From assembly GCA_038087875.1 (NCBI GenBank), contig CM075992.1:9922001-9986000 (forward strand): a DNA stretch of 64,000 nt, read 5' to 3'. The notes under the pieces are model-generated. The model was not told the origin of the DNA, ran no database searches, and saw only the letters and a list, made by a program, of their open reading frames with translations. The position numbers and the translations under genes are program-made. The DNA comes from Malacoraja senta (lineage: Eukaryota). Each line of letters begins with the position of its first letter. Position 1 is the first letter of the stretch. Shown one piece after another: positions 11,269 to 23,732 of the stretch.

Positions 11269-11700
11269 TACATAACTAAAACTCTGATCTTGTGCTCTTC
11301 CGGTTTGCACGACCTTTCTATTTGTGCAAATGCGGTGCGCGAGAGCGCTACGATTTTTCACCAGCTCACTCACCGTTCTCCTGTGCTGCAAGTGCACCAG
11401 GTTTTGTTCCGATTGGTGGTCTACTGTAACAGTTTGTGAGGTTTAAACATCTTAAAAACCGTACGTGCGCAGATCGATCTCCTCTCCTGCCAGTCAGCGT
11501 CGCGCGGATTGGTCTTTTCCCCTGTCACTACCCAGAACGGTCCGCCCCTTCCTGCGCCATCGCGTCTTTACTGGAGCTGAGGATGGCCGGCGGAGATCTT
11601 CCACCGGACACAATTTTCGCACCGCGCGCGGGAGATGTCGCCAAATGGAAAGCGGATACTCTGATCAACCAGCGACCAGCGCCCACTGTGAATCCCCATC
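11269..11700 (+). mobile_element. Helitron-like unit C, 5' portion (3' end not found)
   Basis: TACATAACTAAAACTCTGATCTTGTGCTCTTCCGGTTTG... aligns with the first ~250 bp of unit B. Confidence 0.65.
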
Positions 11701-12004
11701 ATACCGCCAGTTCCAGCCCCTTCCCCTCTGGTCCCCCTCGCTGGCTCCTGCCCGCCTCCCCCATGATACCCCCCTCTCCTCCACAACCTCCGTCTTTTCT
11801 CTGAGCTCTCTCCCCCCCTCCGCCCACACCCGCCCCTCCCCCTACAACCTCCCCGCCACCCACACACACCCCTTCACCCATTCCTTCTCTCCAGAGATGC
11901 TGCTTGTCACGCTGAGTTACTCCAGCATTTTGTGTCTACATTTGGCCCACCAAGTCTACACTCACTATTAATCAATCGTTCTCATTTTTGCTATGTTATC
12001 CTAA

Positions 12005-12200
12005 TCCCTACACATTAGGGGCAATATTACAAAGGACATTCAACCTACAAACCCATATAACTTTGAGATATGATAGGAAAATGGTGGAAACCCATGTGAT
12101 CACAAGGCAAATGTGCAAACTCCATACAGACAGCACCCCGAGGTCAGGATCGAACCCAGGTCTCCGGCGCTATGTGGTTCTACCAACTGTGCCATGGCGC
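12005..12200 (-). mobile_element. Degenerate HE1-like SINE
   Basis: CAAACTCCATACAGACAGCACC..GGTCAGGATCGAACCCAGG motif. Confidence 0.7.
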
Positions 12201-13049
12201 CCTCTCATGATATTAACTGTATTATTCTCCTGAAATGGTTTACATGATTGGAAATAATCCATTTTCCTTCCGAGATGTCAAATAAATTAGAGATCAAGTT
12301 GCAAATAAGAACAATTGGTACTGGTAGTGATCACTGAGTAACCATAAAAGAAAATCAAAATGAAGACCAGATGGAAGACATCCAGTAGCATTCAGGACAT
12401 GGAATAAGACTGGGAGGAGTTGTGAATGAAGAATCATTCACAGTTCATTACAAGCAGGACCAGCAACCAATGACTGGGAAAACAACAGATCCTGCTCCAG
12501 TTTTTTGCAAGAAGGTTAAAAGTATGATCTTAGAAATTCCAGGACTGTTAGCTTAACCTCAACAGCAGGAAAAACACTGGAGTGAATTTTAAAGAAAACA
12601 TTTGAACTTAACAACAGTAAAAGAAGTAATTACAAACTAGTGTGGGCTAATGGAAAATAGTTCATGCCTTTCAAACTTAATAGACTCCTTTTTACTTAAT
12701 AAAATTCTCAGAAGCAGGAGAAACGTGTACAAGGGTGACAGTGTGGTTTCATAACTTCACTGCCAGAAGGTATTTGATGAGGCCACTCACAAGACAGTCC
12801 TTAAGGATGAAATAATTGGTGTTTTTTGGTAACCAATTTTAGTAGAAACCAAAGGGAAGGCGTTGCCGATTCATTATTTTTCATAAAATGGCTTTTCCTC
12901 AAATTGCTGCAAGTTGCTTTATGTTAATCATTCATTATTATTTAATACCAAATGATTGATGTTGTGATTGCCTACAATTGAGTAAATTATTGGCAGTCAA
13001 TGAAAATATTTTTTTTTAAACTGGAATAAATGTGGTGAATGCCTTAACA

Positions 13050-13345
13050 ATGTCTTTTAACCAGGGTAGGGAAATCAAGAACCAGAGGACATCTGTTTAA
13101 GGTGAGGATGACAAGATTCAATAAAAACCTGAGGGGCAAAGTTTTCACTGAGAGGGTGGTGTATACATTGAACAAGTTGCCAGAGAAGGTAGTTGAGGTA
13201 GGTGCTGAAACAGCATTTAAAAGACATGTGGACAGGGACATGGATAGGAAATGTTTAGAGGGATATGAGCCAAATGCGGGCAAATGGGGCTAACTTAGGG
13301 GCAGCATGGACGAGTTGGGCCAAAGGGCCTGTTTCCATGCAGTAT
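13050..13345 (+). mobile_element. CR1 3' fragment
   Basis: RFNKNLRGKVFTERVV..LPEKVVE motif plus tail GGGCCAAAGGGCCTGTTTCC. Confidence 0.85.
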
Positions 13346-14150
13346 GGCTTCATCGTGGTGCCATCGAGTGTGGCAACCTCGCCAGCAGCTGTCTGTCCTT
13401 TCGTCCTTTTTGTTATTATTAGTCTGTCTAAAAGTTTGTTTTTGGAGGACATTTAATCTTTTTTATGTGGGGGGTGGGTGGGAAGGGGGAAACCGTTTTT
13501 CTCAGTCACTACCTGGTCGAGGATGCGTCTTGTCTCCGAGCCACATCTTCGCCTACCATGTGCATTGGCACGGCCTTTCCTGCCGGAGACCGGCCAGAGC
13601 TTCAGCGGCGGCGAAGCACTGAATTCCATCGCGGAGCGGGCGATGCCTTACCGGGAGCGCCGTGTGGAGCTCCGGAGTGCCTGTGGAGCTGTGGTCTGCG
13701 GCGCTTCCAGCTGCGGGCGGCGCTGACTCTAACATCGCGGAGCCCTGAGATCTTTCGCCGAGGATCGCCAGTTTTGGAGCTCCACCCAGCTCGGCCTGTA
13801 GACTTCGGAAGCCACGGTCTCTGGCAGGAAGCGACCGATTCGGAAACTCCAAGCCGCTGAGAGTGTTCTTCTGTTCCGACGTCAGAGTTTCCCCACCCCG
13901 GCGAGAGGGCTGCCGTTGCGGCGACTGCGGAGGCTTCGATAGACCCCGACCATGGGTGAACATGAGGAAGAGGACTGAACTTCATTGCCTACCCTCACAG
14001 TGGGAAACGTTGATTCCGCTGTGGGGGATGTTTTATGTTTTATGTTAAAATCTATAGTGTTGTGTTTACCTTATTTGTGTGCTGCATGGTAACTCAAATT
14101 TCCCTCACCAATTGGTGTATGTGACGATAAATGTCCTTTGTCCTTTGTCT
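13346..14150 (+). mobile_element. Unclassified CpG-rich ~0.8-kb non-autonomous retroelement
   Basis: Interrupts the CR1 tail (..GCAGTATG | TATGACTC..); ends GTGACGATAAATGTCCTTTGTCCTTTG; related inverted copy at 15255-15960. Confidence 0.65.
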
Positions 14151-14351
14151 ATGACTCGATGCTGGAAGTCTAAAAAAAGAAAAAGCTGATAAACTCAGCA
14201 GGTCAGACAGCATTTGTGGAGAAAGAAACAATTAACCTTTGCAACCTTTGCATCAGCTGTCACCAGTTATCTTTGACATGCATTTATCCTGAGCTGCACC
14301 ATTACTACAGGACCCATTAACTCCAGGGATCCCTGCTTCCATCAACAACAG

Positions 14352-14670
14352 TGGTGGCAGGGTAACGCAGCGGTAGAGTTGCTGCCTAACTGCGTTTACA
14401 GCGCCGGAGATTCGGTTTCGATTGCGACTATGGGTGCTGTCTTTACAGAGATGTATGTTCTCCCGATGCCCACGTGTTTTTTTTCTCCGAGATCTTTTGT
14501 TTCCTTGCACACCACAAAGTCGTACAGGTTTGTAGATTAATTGGCTCGGTATAAAAGTAAATTGTCCCTAGTGTGTGTAGGATAGTGTTAATGTGCGGGG
14601 ATCGCTGGTCGGTGTAGACTCCGTGGGCGGAAGGGTCAGTTTCCGCGCTGTATCGCTAAACTAAACCAAA
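14352..14670 (+). mobile_element. HE1-like SINE
   Basis: Full head/core/tail with (TAAAC)n end. Confidence 0.9.
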
Positions 14671-15254
14671 CAATGGTAGGGAAGTGGGTAAAGTGTTTGG
14701 CCCCAGCCCCTCACCATACTGGACCTAAGATAACACAAGGGAGGAGGTTATTGCTGGGACAGAGAGAAGACAGTTTTGGGATAGGACAATAGGACATAGT
14801 GGTTGGCACAGCTTCCTCCAATCAACCACCTAACACAGATCGTTACAATGGAGTAGATCCCAGGCCACAGTACCCTGTTCATCCTGCAGCAATGTTGACA
14901 GTTTTCGGCCATCCCATGAGATGCTATTGGAAATCTGCAACCAATTATTTACTACAATAATTGTGCAAAAACATTGCCATTTATTTGCCACAACTGTTTA
15001 TGATTATATAATGCCCAATTTTGATACCTGGTTTTGATTATGTGCTATGGATGGAAAGGGACCAAGTGTTTTTATTGATATACAGAGTATTAAAAAATAA
15101 ATAAACCATTGGACAGAAGGAATCTTTGGCGGGTCAGAACATATTGACCTATTGATCATATTGAGGAGGGGGATTGGGATTATGTCACATTGACCATTTT
15201 GAGGAGGGGGATGGCTTCAGGCGTGGTCCGGTGGGTGGGGGAGGGGGGAAGCAT

Positions 15255-15960
15255 TCTTTTATTGTCACTTGTACCAATTAAGGTACAGTGATACGCAAAT
15301 TATCATACAGCCATACAAAAAAAAAGCAACAAGACACACAACTACATAAAAGTTAACATAAACTTCCACCACAGCGGATTCCCCACATTCCTCACTGTGA
15401 TGGAAGGCAAAATAGTCCAAGCTTCTTCCTCTTTATTCTCCCCTGGTCGTGGCAGTCGCACCATCCACAGTTGGGGCGAACAAAGCTCCCTCGTCGGGGC
15501 AGTCGAAGCTCCCGCGTTGGGGCGATTGAAGCTCCCGCGTCAGGGTGGTCGAAGCTCCAGCGGCTTGGACTTCCCGAAGTCAGTCTCCAACCAGGGATCG
15601 GGAGCTCCGTGATGTTAAGTCCGCAAGCACCCATGTTTGGAGCTCCGAGGTCGATCCCTGGCAAAGAGATCGCATGCTCTGCGATGGTAAAGTCCTGAAG
15701 GCTCCTCGCGGTGGAGCTGTCAAAAGTCAGTCTCCAGCAAAGGTCGCCAACTCCTGGATGTTAGGCCGCAGTGCGGATGGAGATACGATACGGGAAAAAA
15801 ATCGCATCTCCATCGAGGTAAGAGATGAGAATAAGTTTCCCCCAACCGCCATCCCCCACCCCTCAAATGAAACAAGCTAAAGTACACTAAAAACTTACAT
15901 TTAACACATAAAATTAAAACACAAAGAAGGAAAGGACAGACAGACTGTAGGCGCCACCAG
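15255..15960 (-). mobile_element. Second copy of the unclassified ~0.7-0.8-kb non-autonomous retroelement family
   Basis: Shares 5' CTGTCTGTCCTTT..GGGGGTGGG..GGAAAC and 3' GCCTTCCATCACAGTG..ATCCGCTGTGG..GTGACAATAAA with 13346-14150. Confidence 0.65.
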
Positions 15961-15974
15961 GTGATTTGTTGAGT

Positions 15975-16268
15975 GGCACTGTGGTGCAGCAGTAGGATTG
16001 CTGCCTGAGACCCAGGTTCAATCGCAATTACGCGTGCTGTCTGTACGGAGTTTACACTATTTTTCCGTGTGCGTAGGTTTTCTCCGAGATCTTCGGGTTC
16101 CTCCCACACTCAGATGGTACAGGTTTGTAAGTTAATTGGCTTGACATAAATGTAAATTGTCCCTAGAGTGTAGGGTAGTGATAGTGTGCAGGGATCGCTG
16201 GTTGGTGCGGACTCGGTGGGCCGAAGAGCCTGTTTCCTCGCTGTATCTCTAAACTAAAATAAACTAAA
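15975..16268 (+). mobile_element. HE1-like SINE
   Basis: Head/core/tail consensus. Confidence 0.85.
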
Positions 16269-16544
16269 AATAGAGTTCAGATTTGAGAGCAGTTTTTTCA
16301 GTCGATGTAAAAGCTAAATGCTGCAAATGCTGCAAATCTGAGATAAAATAGTAAATGCGGGAAATGGTCATCAAGGGGGAAAGGATATAGGCCTAAAATA
16401 TTAACCCTGTTTCCTTCTCCATAGATGCTGTTTGACCCCCTGAATATTCCCAGCATTTTTTGTTTTATTTTTTCTGCTAATGTACTGTGTCCTCTGCAGA
16501 GTTTAAGAGACACTGGCAATAGGCCCAAGCTCATCAATGTTGTT

Positions 16545-16975
16545 CAGCTGCAAAGGATGCAGAGAAGATTTATGAGGATGTTGCAGGATTCAAGGGCCTG
16601 AGCTATAGGAAGAATTGAGAAGACTAGGACTTCATTCCTTGAAGCGCAGGAGGATGAGGGGTGATCTTATGAAGGCGTGTAAGATGACGAGGGGAATGGA
16701 TGGGGTTAAATGCAGTCTTATACCTAGGGGAATCAAGAACCAGAGTTCATAGGTTTAAGGTGAGGGGGAAAAGATTTAACATGAATCTGAGGGGCAACAT
16801 TTTTAGACAAATCGGTGGTAGGTAAACAGAATGAGCTGCTGAATGAGGTAGTTGAAGCTGGCACTATCACAATGTTTAAAAGACATTTGGACGGGATAGG
16901 AAAGGTTTGGAAGGCTAGGGGCCAAATATGCACAGGTTGGATTAGTGTAGATGGTGCATTTTGGTTGGTGTTGGC
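16545..16975 (+). mobile_element. CR1 3' fragment
   Basis: AGAGAAGATTTATGAGGATGTTG..GAGCTATAGG..GGGGCAAC..GAGGTAGTTGAAGC CR1 motifs. Confidence 0.85.
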
Positions 16976-16978
16976 AAG

Positions 16979-18170
16979 ATCAAGAGAGTCAAGAGAGAGT
17001 TTATTGTCATGTGTCCCAGATAGGACAATGAAATTCTTGCTTGCTCCATAGATGCTGCTGCACCCGCTGAGTTTCTCCAGCATTTTTGTGTACCTTCGAT
17101 TTTCCAGCATCTGCAGTTCCTTCTTTAACACATAGTTCAGAGTTTGTTTGATGGCAAGTTTAATAGCCTGATGGCTGTGGGGAAGTAACTGTTCCTGAAC
17201 CTGGATGTACCAGATTTCAGGTTCCTGTACCTTCTACCTGATGGCAGGGGAGAGATGAGTGTGTGGCAAGGATGGTATGGGTCCTTGATGATGTTGGCAG
17301 CCTTTTTGAGGCAGCGACTGCGATAGATCCCTTCAATGGGGGCGAGGTCAGAGCCGATGATGGACTGGGCAGTGGTCATAACTTTCTGCATTCTTTTCCG
17401 CTCCTGGACACTCAAGTTGCCGAACCAAGCCACGATGCAACCAGTCAGCATGCTCTCTTCTGTGTACCTGTAGAAGTTCGAGAGTCCTCTTTGACATACT
17501 GACTCTCCATAATCTTCTCAGGAAGTAGAGGCGCTGATGTGTTTTCTTTATAATTGCATCAGTGTGCTGGGACCACGAAAGATCTTTGTAAATATGCACG
17601 CCCAGGAATTTGAAGTTTTTGACCCTTTCCACCATCATCCCGTTGATATAAACGGGATTGTGAGTCCCTATCCTACCCCTTCCAAAGTCCACACTCAGTT
17701 CCTTGGTTTTGCTGGTGTTGAGAGCCAGGTTATTGTGCTGGCACCATCTGGTCAATCGGTCGATCTTACTTCTATACTCTGACTCGTCACCATCAGTGAT
17801 TCGTCCCACAACAGTGGTGTCGTCGGCGAACCTGATGATGGAGTTCGCACTATATCCACCTACACAGTTATGAGTATAGAGTGAGTACAACAGGGGACTG
17901 AGCACGCAGCCTTGAGGTGCTCCCATGCTGATTGTTATCAAGGATGACACATTTCCAACAATACGGACAGACTGTGGTCTGTGGATGAGGAAGTCGAGCA
18001 TCCAATTGGAGAGGGATGCACAGAGACCCAGATCTGAGAGCTTGGTAACCAGTTTGCAGGGGATGATGGTGTTGAATGCCGAGCTGTAGTCAATGAATAA
18101 CAGCCTGACATATGAGTTTTTGTTACCAAGTGGTCCAGAGCGGAGTGGAGAACCAGCGAGATCACATCCA
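16979..18170 (-). mobile_element. Rex1/Babar-type LINE, 5'-truncated RT plus C-terminus (PLE end nested at ~17045-17131)
   Basis: ORFs 17348-18001 ([35 protein letters not shown]) and 17137-17451 (LPSGRRYR..TSRFRNSYFPTAIRLLN); tail GACAATAAAC..CTTGACTCTCTTGA. Confidence 0.9.
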
Positions 18171-18171
18171 C

Positions 18172-18568
18172 CCGATGCCCATCAGGCAAGAAGGTACAGG
18201 ATCCTGAAAACTGTAACGTCCAGGTTCAGGACTAGCGTCTTCCCAATGACCATCAGGCTATTAAACACGGGGGGGGGGGGGGGGTCGGGCAGCATCTCTG
18301 GAGAAAAGATCACCTATTCCTTTTCCACCATGTCGTCCAATGCGTTTCATTGTTCACATCCTTTATCACTCATCTTCCCCAGCCAACAATGGGCCATTAT
18401 GGACTACACCCTTCCTGAGGTCATCTGTTGCCAACCCTGATTTGTTCTGGCCTTTTCTCATCTCCAGTTTCTCCCTATGTTTACATTTCTGGTGTGCTGC
18501 TGCAAGTAAGAATTTCTTTGTTCCATTTCAGGACATATGACAATAAAACACTCTTGACTCTCTTGACA
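18172..18568 (+). mobile_element. Rex1/Babar 3' end fragment with nested PLE-derived sequence
   Basis: RRYRILKTVTSRFRTSVFPMTIRLLN then tail ATGACAATAAAACACTCTTGACTCTCTTGAC. Confidence 0.75.
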
Positions 18569-19789
18569 TAAGGTTCATAGGTTCTAGGAGCAGAATTAGG
18601 CCATTTGGCCCATTAAGTTTAATCCACCATTTAATCATGGCTGATCTATCTTTCCCTCTCAACCCCATTCTCCTACTCATGAGGTTCCATCTAAATGCAT
18701 GTGTCCCTCAGCTTATAGTCATATAATGGCTCGCCAATTAAAGTGAATACATTATGGAAATGCTCAATTAGAAAGAATGCTCAATGTTCAATCCATTCAA
18801 ACTTTAAAAAATTAAAACTGAAACAAATGTACAAATAAGCACAAGATATTTGACAAGTTTAAGGGAGGTCTCTATCAGCTTGGTTCTACCTAATGCATCC
18901 TGTGATCTATGTTTATTCTCCCTCATCAGGGAATGTGGTTAATGTGTGTGGGCTGAAGTTGGGGAGGGTGTGGACAGTGGGGGGAGCTACTCAGACTACA
19001 GGATATTCATAGGTTATCTTGCGTGATGTGTTTTTCCAACAGTACTGTTTTGTAGTCTGAAGCTGTCAAAAGCAGATATTATCATTTGATTAATCTGCAA
19101 ACCAACTTCGTTTTACAGCTGTTGACTAATTTAAAAAACCACAGCTAAATAAAAACCTATGTTTTTTAAATTGTATCGTACATTAAAAGCACATTTCGAT
19201 TTCTTTATGTCTTTTGTTAGTCACTAGCTTGATCAAAAACTTGCATTGAAGCAGCTTTGAAAATCTCAAGATGTCTTTGTACATTCGTAGAAACACAGAT
19301 TCTGTTTTGCTTTTTTTTTCTTCTTTAGTTTAGGGGGGGTTTTGTTTTATCGTTTTTTCTCTTTTTTTCTCTTTTTTTTCTTTTTATCTTTTTGTTTTTA
19401 TATATATAAGTTCTCTTTTAAACACGTAACTATATTTACATAGAGACCGGGAGGTCTATATTCAATGTGCATTTTGACACTGGACTCATATTTAGGTTAT
19501 ACCTGCCATTCATGTAACCCTGATCCCTATGTATCAATATCATTGTTATGTTTATCATAACTTTTTTGTTCTTTTGTTTTTGCTTTTGAAAAAAACTAAT
19601 AACAAGATTTTAAAAGAAAGAAAGAAACACACAGTTGTAGGAAATGTGGCAGCCAATTTGTACATAGTAAGACTTCACCCTATTATTCATGGCACAAAAA
19701 CCTAGGAAAATTCTCTGGCTCTTCACCACTGCAAAATTGTAAAAGCAGAAAATGCTAGAAACACTCAACAGGTCAGGCAGCATCTTCAG

Positions 19790-20080
19790 CTTAGATTTTT
19801 CGTTTAGAGATACAGCACGGAAACAGACCCTTTGGCACGCCAATTCCAGGCTGACCAGTGATCCCCAGACACTAACACTAGGGACAATTTTTACCAAAGC
19901 CAATTAACTTACAAAGCTGTACGTCTTTGAGGTGTGGGAGGAAACCACAGCACCTGGAGACAGCCCACACGGTCGCGGGGAGAACATGCAAGCTCATTAC
20001 AGACAGCACTAGTAGTCATATTCAAACCCAGGTTTCTGGCGCTGTAAGGAAGCAACTCTACCACTGCACCACTGTGCCGC
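19790..20080 (-). mobile_element. HE1-like SINE
   Basis: Reverse complement of the consensus. Confidence 0.85.
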
Positions 20081-20679
20081 ACTGTGAATAGAGAAATAGA
20101 GTATTTCCCCAAGAGAGAATATCGGTCAGGGAGAACCCTTGTCTTAAAAGCTTTGATTTTTTTAACTTACATTTCTATGTAACAGAGTTAACGTTTTGAC
20201 GTTTCAAGTCAATGGCATTTTATGTAACGTTGTCTCTTGTCTGGACGTTGAGTCTGAAATAAAGTTTAATAATAAAAATAATATTACATTTTACATTGCA
20301 GAGAGGAGGGGGAAGGGGACTGGCAGAACGAGGAGAATATCTCTGATAGGTTGGGACAATGGTTGCTATGATAAAACCTGTTTTGAAGCTGCCCTGTTAA
20401 ATTAATGAAGATAGTGTGAGAGAGAGGAAATAAAAAGGGTTGTAAAAGCTATGAAATGCAGATCTGAGCTGTTGCAGTAATCTGAAACTATAACGCCCAG
20501 AAGATCAGGCAGTATCTGTGGCAAAAAACTGAGCTAATGTTCCGTGGAACATGGCATAACCAGTACAGCGTAGGATCAGGCCCTTGGTCCCACAATATCT
20601 GTACCAAACATGATGCCAAGACCAACTTTTATCTGCCTGCACACAATCCATATCCCTCCATTCCCTGCATGTCCATGTC

Positions 20680-21792
20680 CAGACTATTGACCGACATCTA
20701 CTACAAACCTACTGACTCCCATAGCTATTTTGACTACAGTTCTTCCCAACCTGCTTCCTGTAAAGACTCTATCCCCTACTCACAATTCCTCCAAGCTGCA
20801 TCTGCGCCCAGGATGAGGTGTTCCATACCAGGACCTGTCCTCATTCTTTAGGAAATGGGGGTTCCCCTCTTCCATTATAAATGATACTCTCACTAGGGTC
20901 CTCGACATCCCGCAGCCCCGCTCCGCTCTTACTCCCCCTCACCCCATTTTTAACAAGGACAGTGTCCCCCTTGTCCTCACCTTCCACCCCATCAGCCGTC
21001 GCTTACAGCATATAATCCTCCAACATTTTCGCCACCTCCAACGGGATCCCACTACTGACCACATCTTCCCATCTCCACCCCTTTCTGCTTTCCGCAGAGA
21101 CCGTTCCCTCCGAAACTCCCTGGTCAACTAGTCCCTTCCCACCCAAACCACCCTCTCCCAAGAAAACTTTCCCCTGCAACCGCAGGAGATGCAACACCTG
21201 TCCCTTTACCTCCCCCCTCGACTCCATCCAAGGACACAAACAGTCTTTCCAGGTAAGGCAGAGGTTCACTTACAGCTCCTCCAACCTCATCTACTGTATC
21301 CGCTGTTCCAGGTGTCAACTTCTCTGCATCGGCGAGACCAAGCGCAGGCTCAGCGAACGTTTCGCTGAACACCTCCGCTCAGTCCGTCTTAACCTACCTG
21401 ATCTCCCGGTGGCTCAGTACTTCAACTCCCCCTCCCATTCCCATTCCCAATCTGACCTTTCTGTCGTGGGCCTCCTCCATTGTCAGAGTGAGGCCCAGTG
21501 CAAATTGGAGGAACATCACCTCATATTTTGCTTGGGTAGCTTACACCCCAGCGGTATGAACATTGACTTCTCCAACTTCAGATAACCCTAGCTTTCTCTC
21601 TCTATCCCCTCTCATTCCCAGTTCTCCCACTAGTCTTTCTGACTCCGACTACATTCCATCTTTGTCCCACCCCCTCCCTTGACATCTGTCTGAAATAGAT
21701 GATGTCTCCTTCAGACTGATCTTCTGTCGCCCGTTCTTTCTCTCCAGGAGATGCTGCCTGTCCCGCTGAGTTACTCCAGCATTTTGTGTCCA
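20680..21792 (+). mobile_element. Penelope-like element: RT C-terminus, GIY-YIG and 3' repeat
   Basis: TDIYYKPTDSHSY..SIPYSQF, then NLIYCIRCSRCQLLCIGETKRR..VAQYFN..EEHHLIFCLGSLHPSGMNIDF; ends in the GAGATGCTGCC..TTACTCCAGCATTTTGTGTC repeat. Confidence 0.9.
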
Positions 21793-22061
21793 AATCTACT
21801 TCCTCCACCAATCCCAACTTCTGTTCCATGCACTCATCACTCACTGTATTTAAAAACTTTACCCACACATCTCCTTTAAACTTTGCCCCTCTCACCTGAA
21901 AGTTACATTAGTATTTGCCCTGTAGTATTTCCAACCAAGGAAATAGGTTCCAACAGTTCACCCTATCTATGCCTTTCATAATTTTATTTACTTTTATCTG
22001 GTCTTCCAAGTCTGTCCAATCTTTCCCTACAGCTAATATTGTCTACTCCAGGCCCATGCAC

Positions 22062-22572
22062 CATATAACCATATAACCATTACAGCACGGAAACAGGCCA
22101 TCTCGGCCCTTCAAGTCCGTGCCGAACATTAAAAAAAAAAATTAAATTAAAAAAAATAATAATAATACTTCCCCCTAGTCCCATCTACCTGCACTCAGAC
22201 CATAACCCTCCATTCCTTTCCCATCCATATACCCATCCAATCTATTTTTAAAGGATAAAATCGAACCAGCCTCCACCACTTCCACTGGAAGCTCATTCCA
22301 CACAGCTACCACTCTCTGAGTGAAGAAGTTCCCCCTAATGTTACCCCTAAACTTCTGTCCCTTAATTCTCAAGTCATGTCCCCTTGTTTGAATGTTCCCT
22401 ACTCAATGGAAAAAGCTTATCCACGTCAACTCTGTCTAACCCGCTCATAATTTTAAAGACCTCTATCAAGTCTCCTCTTAACCTTCTGCGCTCCAAAGAA
22501 TAAAGACCTAACTTGTTCAACCTTTCTCTGTAACTTAGTTGCTGAAACCCAGGCAACATTCTAGTAAATCAC
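22062..22572 (-). mobile_element. CR1 3' fragment
   Basis: ORFs LSYRERLNKLGLYSLERRRLRGDLIEVFKIM and FFTQRVVAVWNELP. Confidence 0.9.
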
Positions 22573-22579
22573 ATGCACG

Positions 22580-22820
22580 TGTGTCCTCAGTATCCCACAA
22601 CTACGCTCTTGCTCTCCCTCCCCCAAGTTGCAACAGGGACAGAATCCTCATAGTCCTCACTTTTCACCTCATCAGCACATAATCCTCCGACATTTTTGGC
22701 ACCTCCAACGGGATCCCACCACTAGCCACATCTTTCCATCTCCACCTCTTTCCGCTTTCCACAGAGCCAGGTCCCTCTGCAACTAATTCCCTGGTTCACG
22801 CATCACTTTGCACCCAAACA
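22580..22820 (+). mobile_element. Penelope-like fragment
   Basis: Homologous to 20930-21150 (CACCTCCAACGGGATCCCAC..CTTTCCGC). Confidence 0.75.
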
Positions 22821-22884
22821 AATGGCACCTCTCAATGGCACACGCTCAGTATTTTGAGCTCAGTTTAGAGCTCAATTGTATTCA

Positions 22885-23340
22885 CCCTGCCAGGATTTGA
22901 GGGCCTGAGCTATAGAGATAGGTTGGGCTGGCTAGGACTTTATACCTTCGAGCGCAGGAGGCTGAGGCGCGATCTTATAACGATGTATCAAATCATGAGG
23001 GGAATAGATAGGACGAATACAGTGTTTTTCCCGGGAAATCAAAACTAGAGGTTTTTTTTCAGAAATCCAGAAGATGAAGATGCACGGGATTAACATAGGT
23101 TTATGGGGAGAGGGGAAAGATTTAATAGGAAGGGCAACTTTATCTCAAAGAAGATGGTACATATACAAAACAAACCACTGGAGGAAATAGCTGAGGCAGG
23201 TTCAATGACAATAGTTAAAAGACCTTTGGACAGCTACATGCACAGAAAATGGTTAGAAAGTTGTCCAAATGCAGGCAAATAGAACTGTTTGGCTGAGTTG
23301 GGCCAGAGGACCTGTTTCTGTGCTGCATCACTCTATAACT
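22885..23340 (+). mobile_element. CR1 3' fragment
   Basis: GAGGGCCTGAGCTATAG..GAGCGCAGGAGGCTGAGG..tail CCTGTTTCTGTGCTG. Confidence 0.8.
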
Positions 23341-23457
23341 CTGAAACCTGAGGAAGGTTTTCAAACACCTGATGTACATAAAACAGATCTATAATTAATT
23401 TAGTGCATCTGCGAGCGGCTGCTAGTTTGCATACGTCACAGAAATTATTAAAAAATA

Positions 23458-23672
23458 ATCACAAAATGCTGCAGTAACAGGCAAAATCTCTGGATAGAAG
23501 GAATAGGTGACATTTTGGGCGAGACCCTTCTTGAGACAGATGGGAAGATGGGTCTCAACCCAAAATGTCACCCATTCCTTCTATCCAGTGATGCTGCTTG
23601 CCCCTCTGTGTTACTCCAGCATTTTGTGTCTATCTTCTGTGTAGAACCGCATCTGCAGTTCCTTCCTACACA
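23458..23672. mobile_element. Fold-back element of two inverted PLE terminal repeats
   Basis: ACAAAATGCTG..GGTGACATTTTGGG..GAGACCC / GGGTCTC..CCCAAAATGTCACC..CAGCATTTTGTG form long inverted arms. Confidence 0.75.
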
Positions 23673-23732
23673 GAAATTATGAATATTGTCGTGACCAATT
23701 GATTCATGTATCAAAGAAATGTAACAAATATT

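Noticed and set aside
13465..13985. Overlapping 127-136 aa ORFs
   Set aside because: GC-rich repeat interior; frames not conserved in the related copy at 15255-15960.
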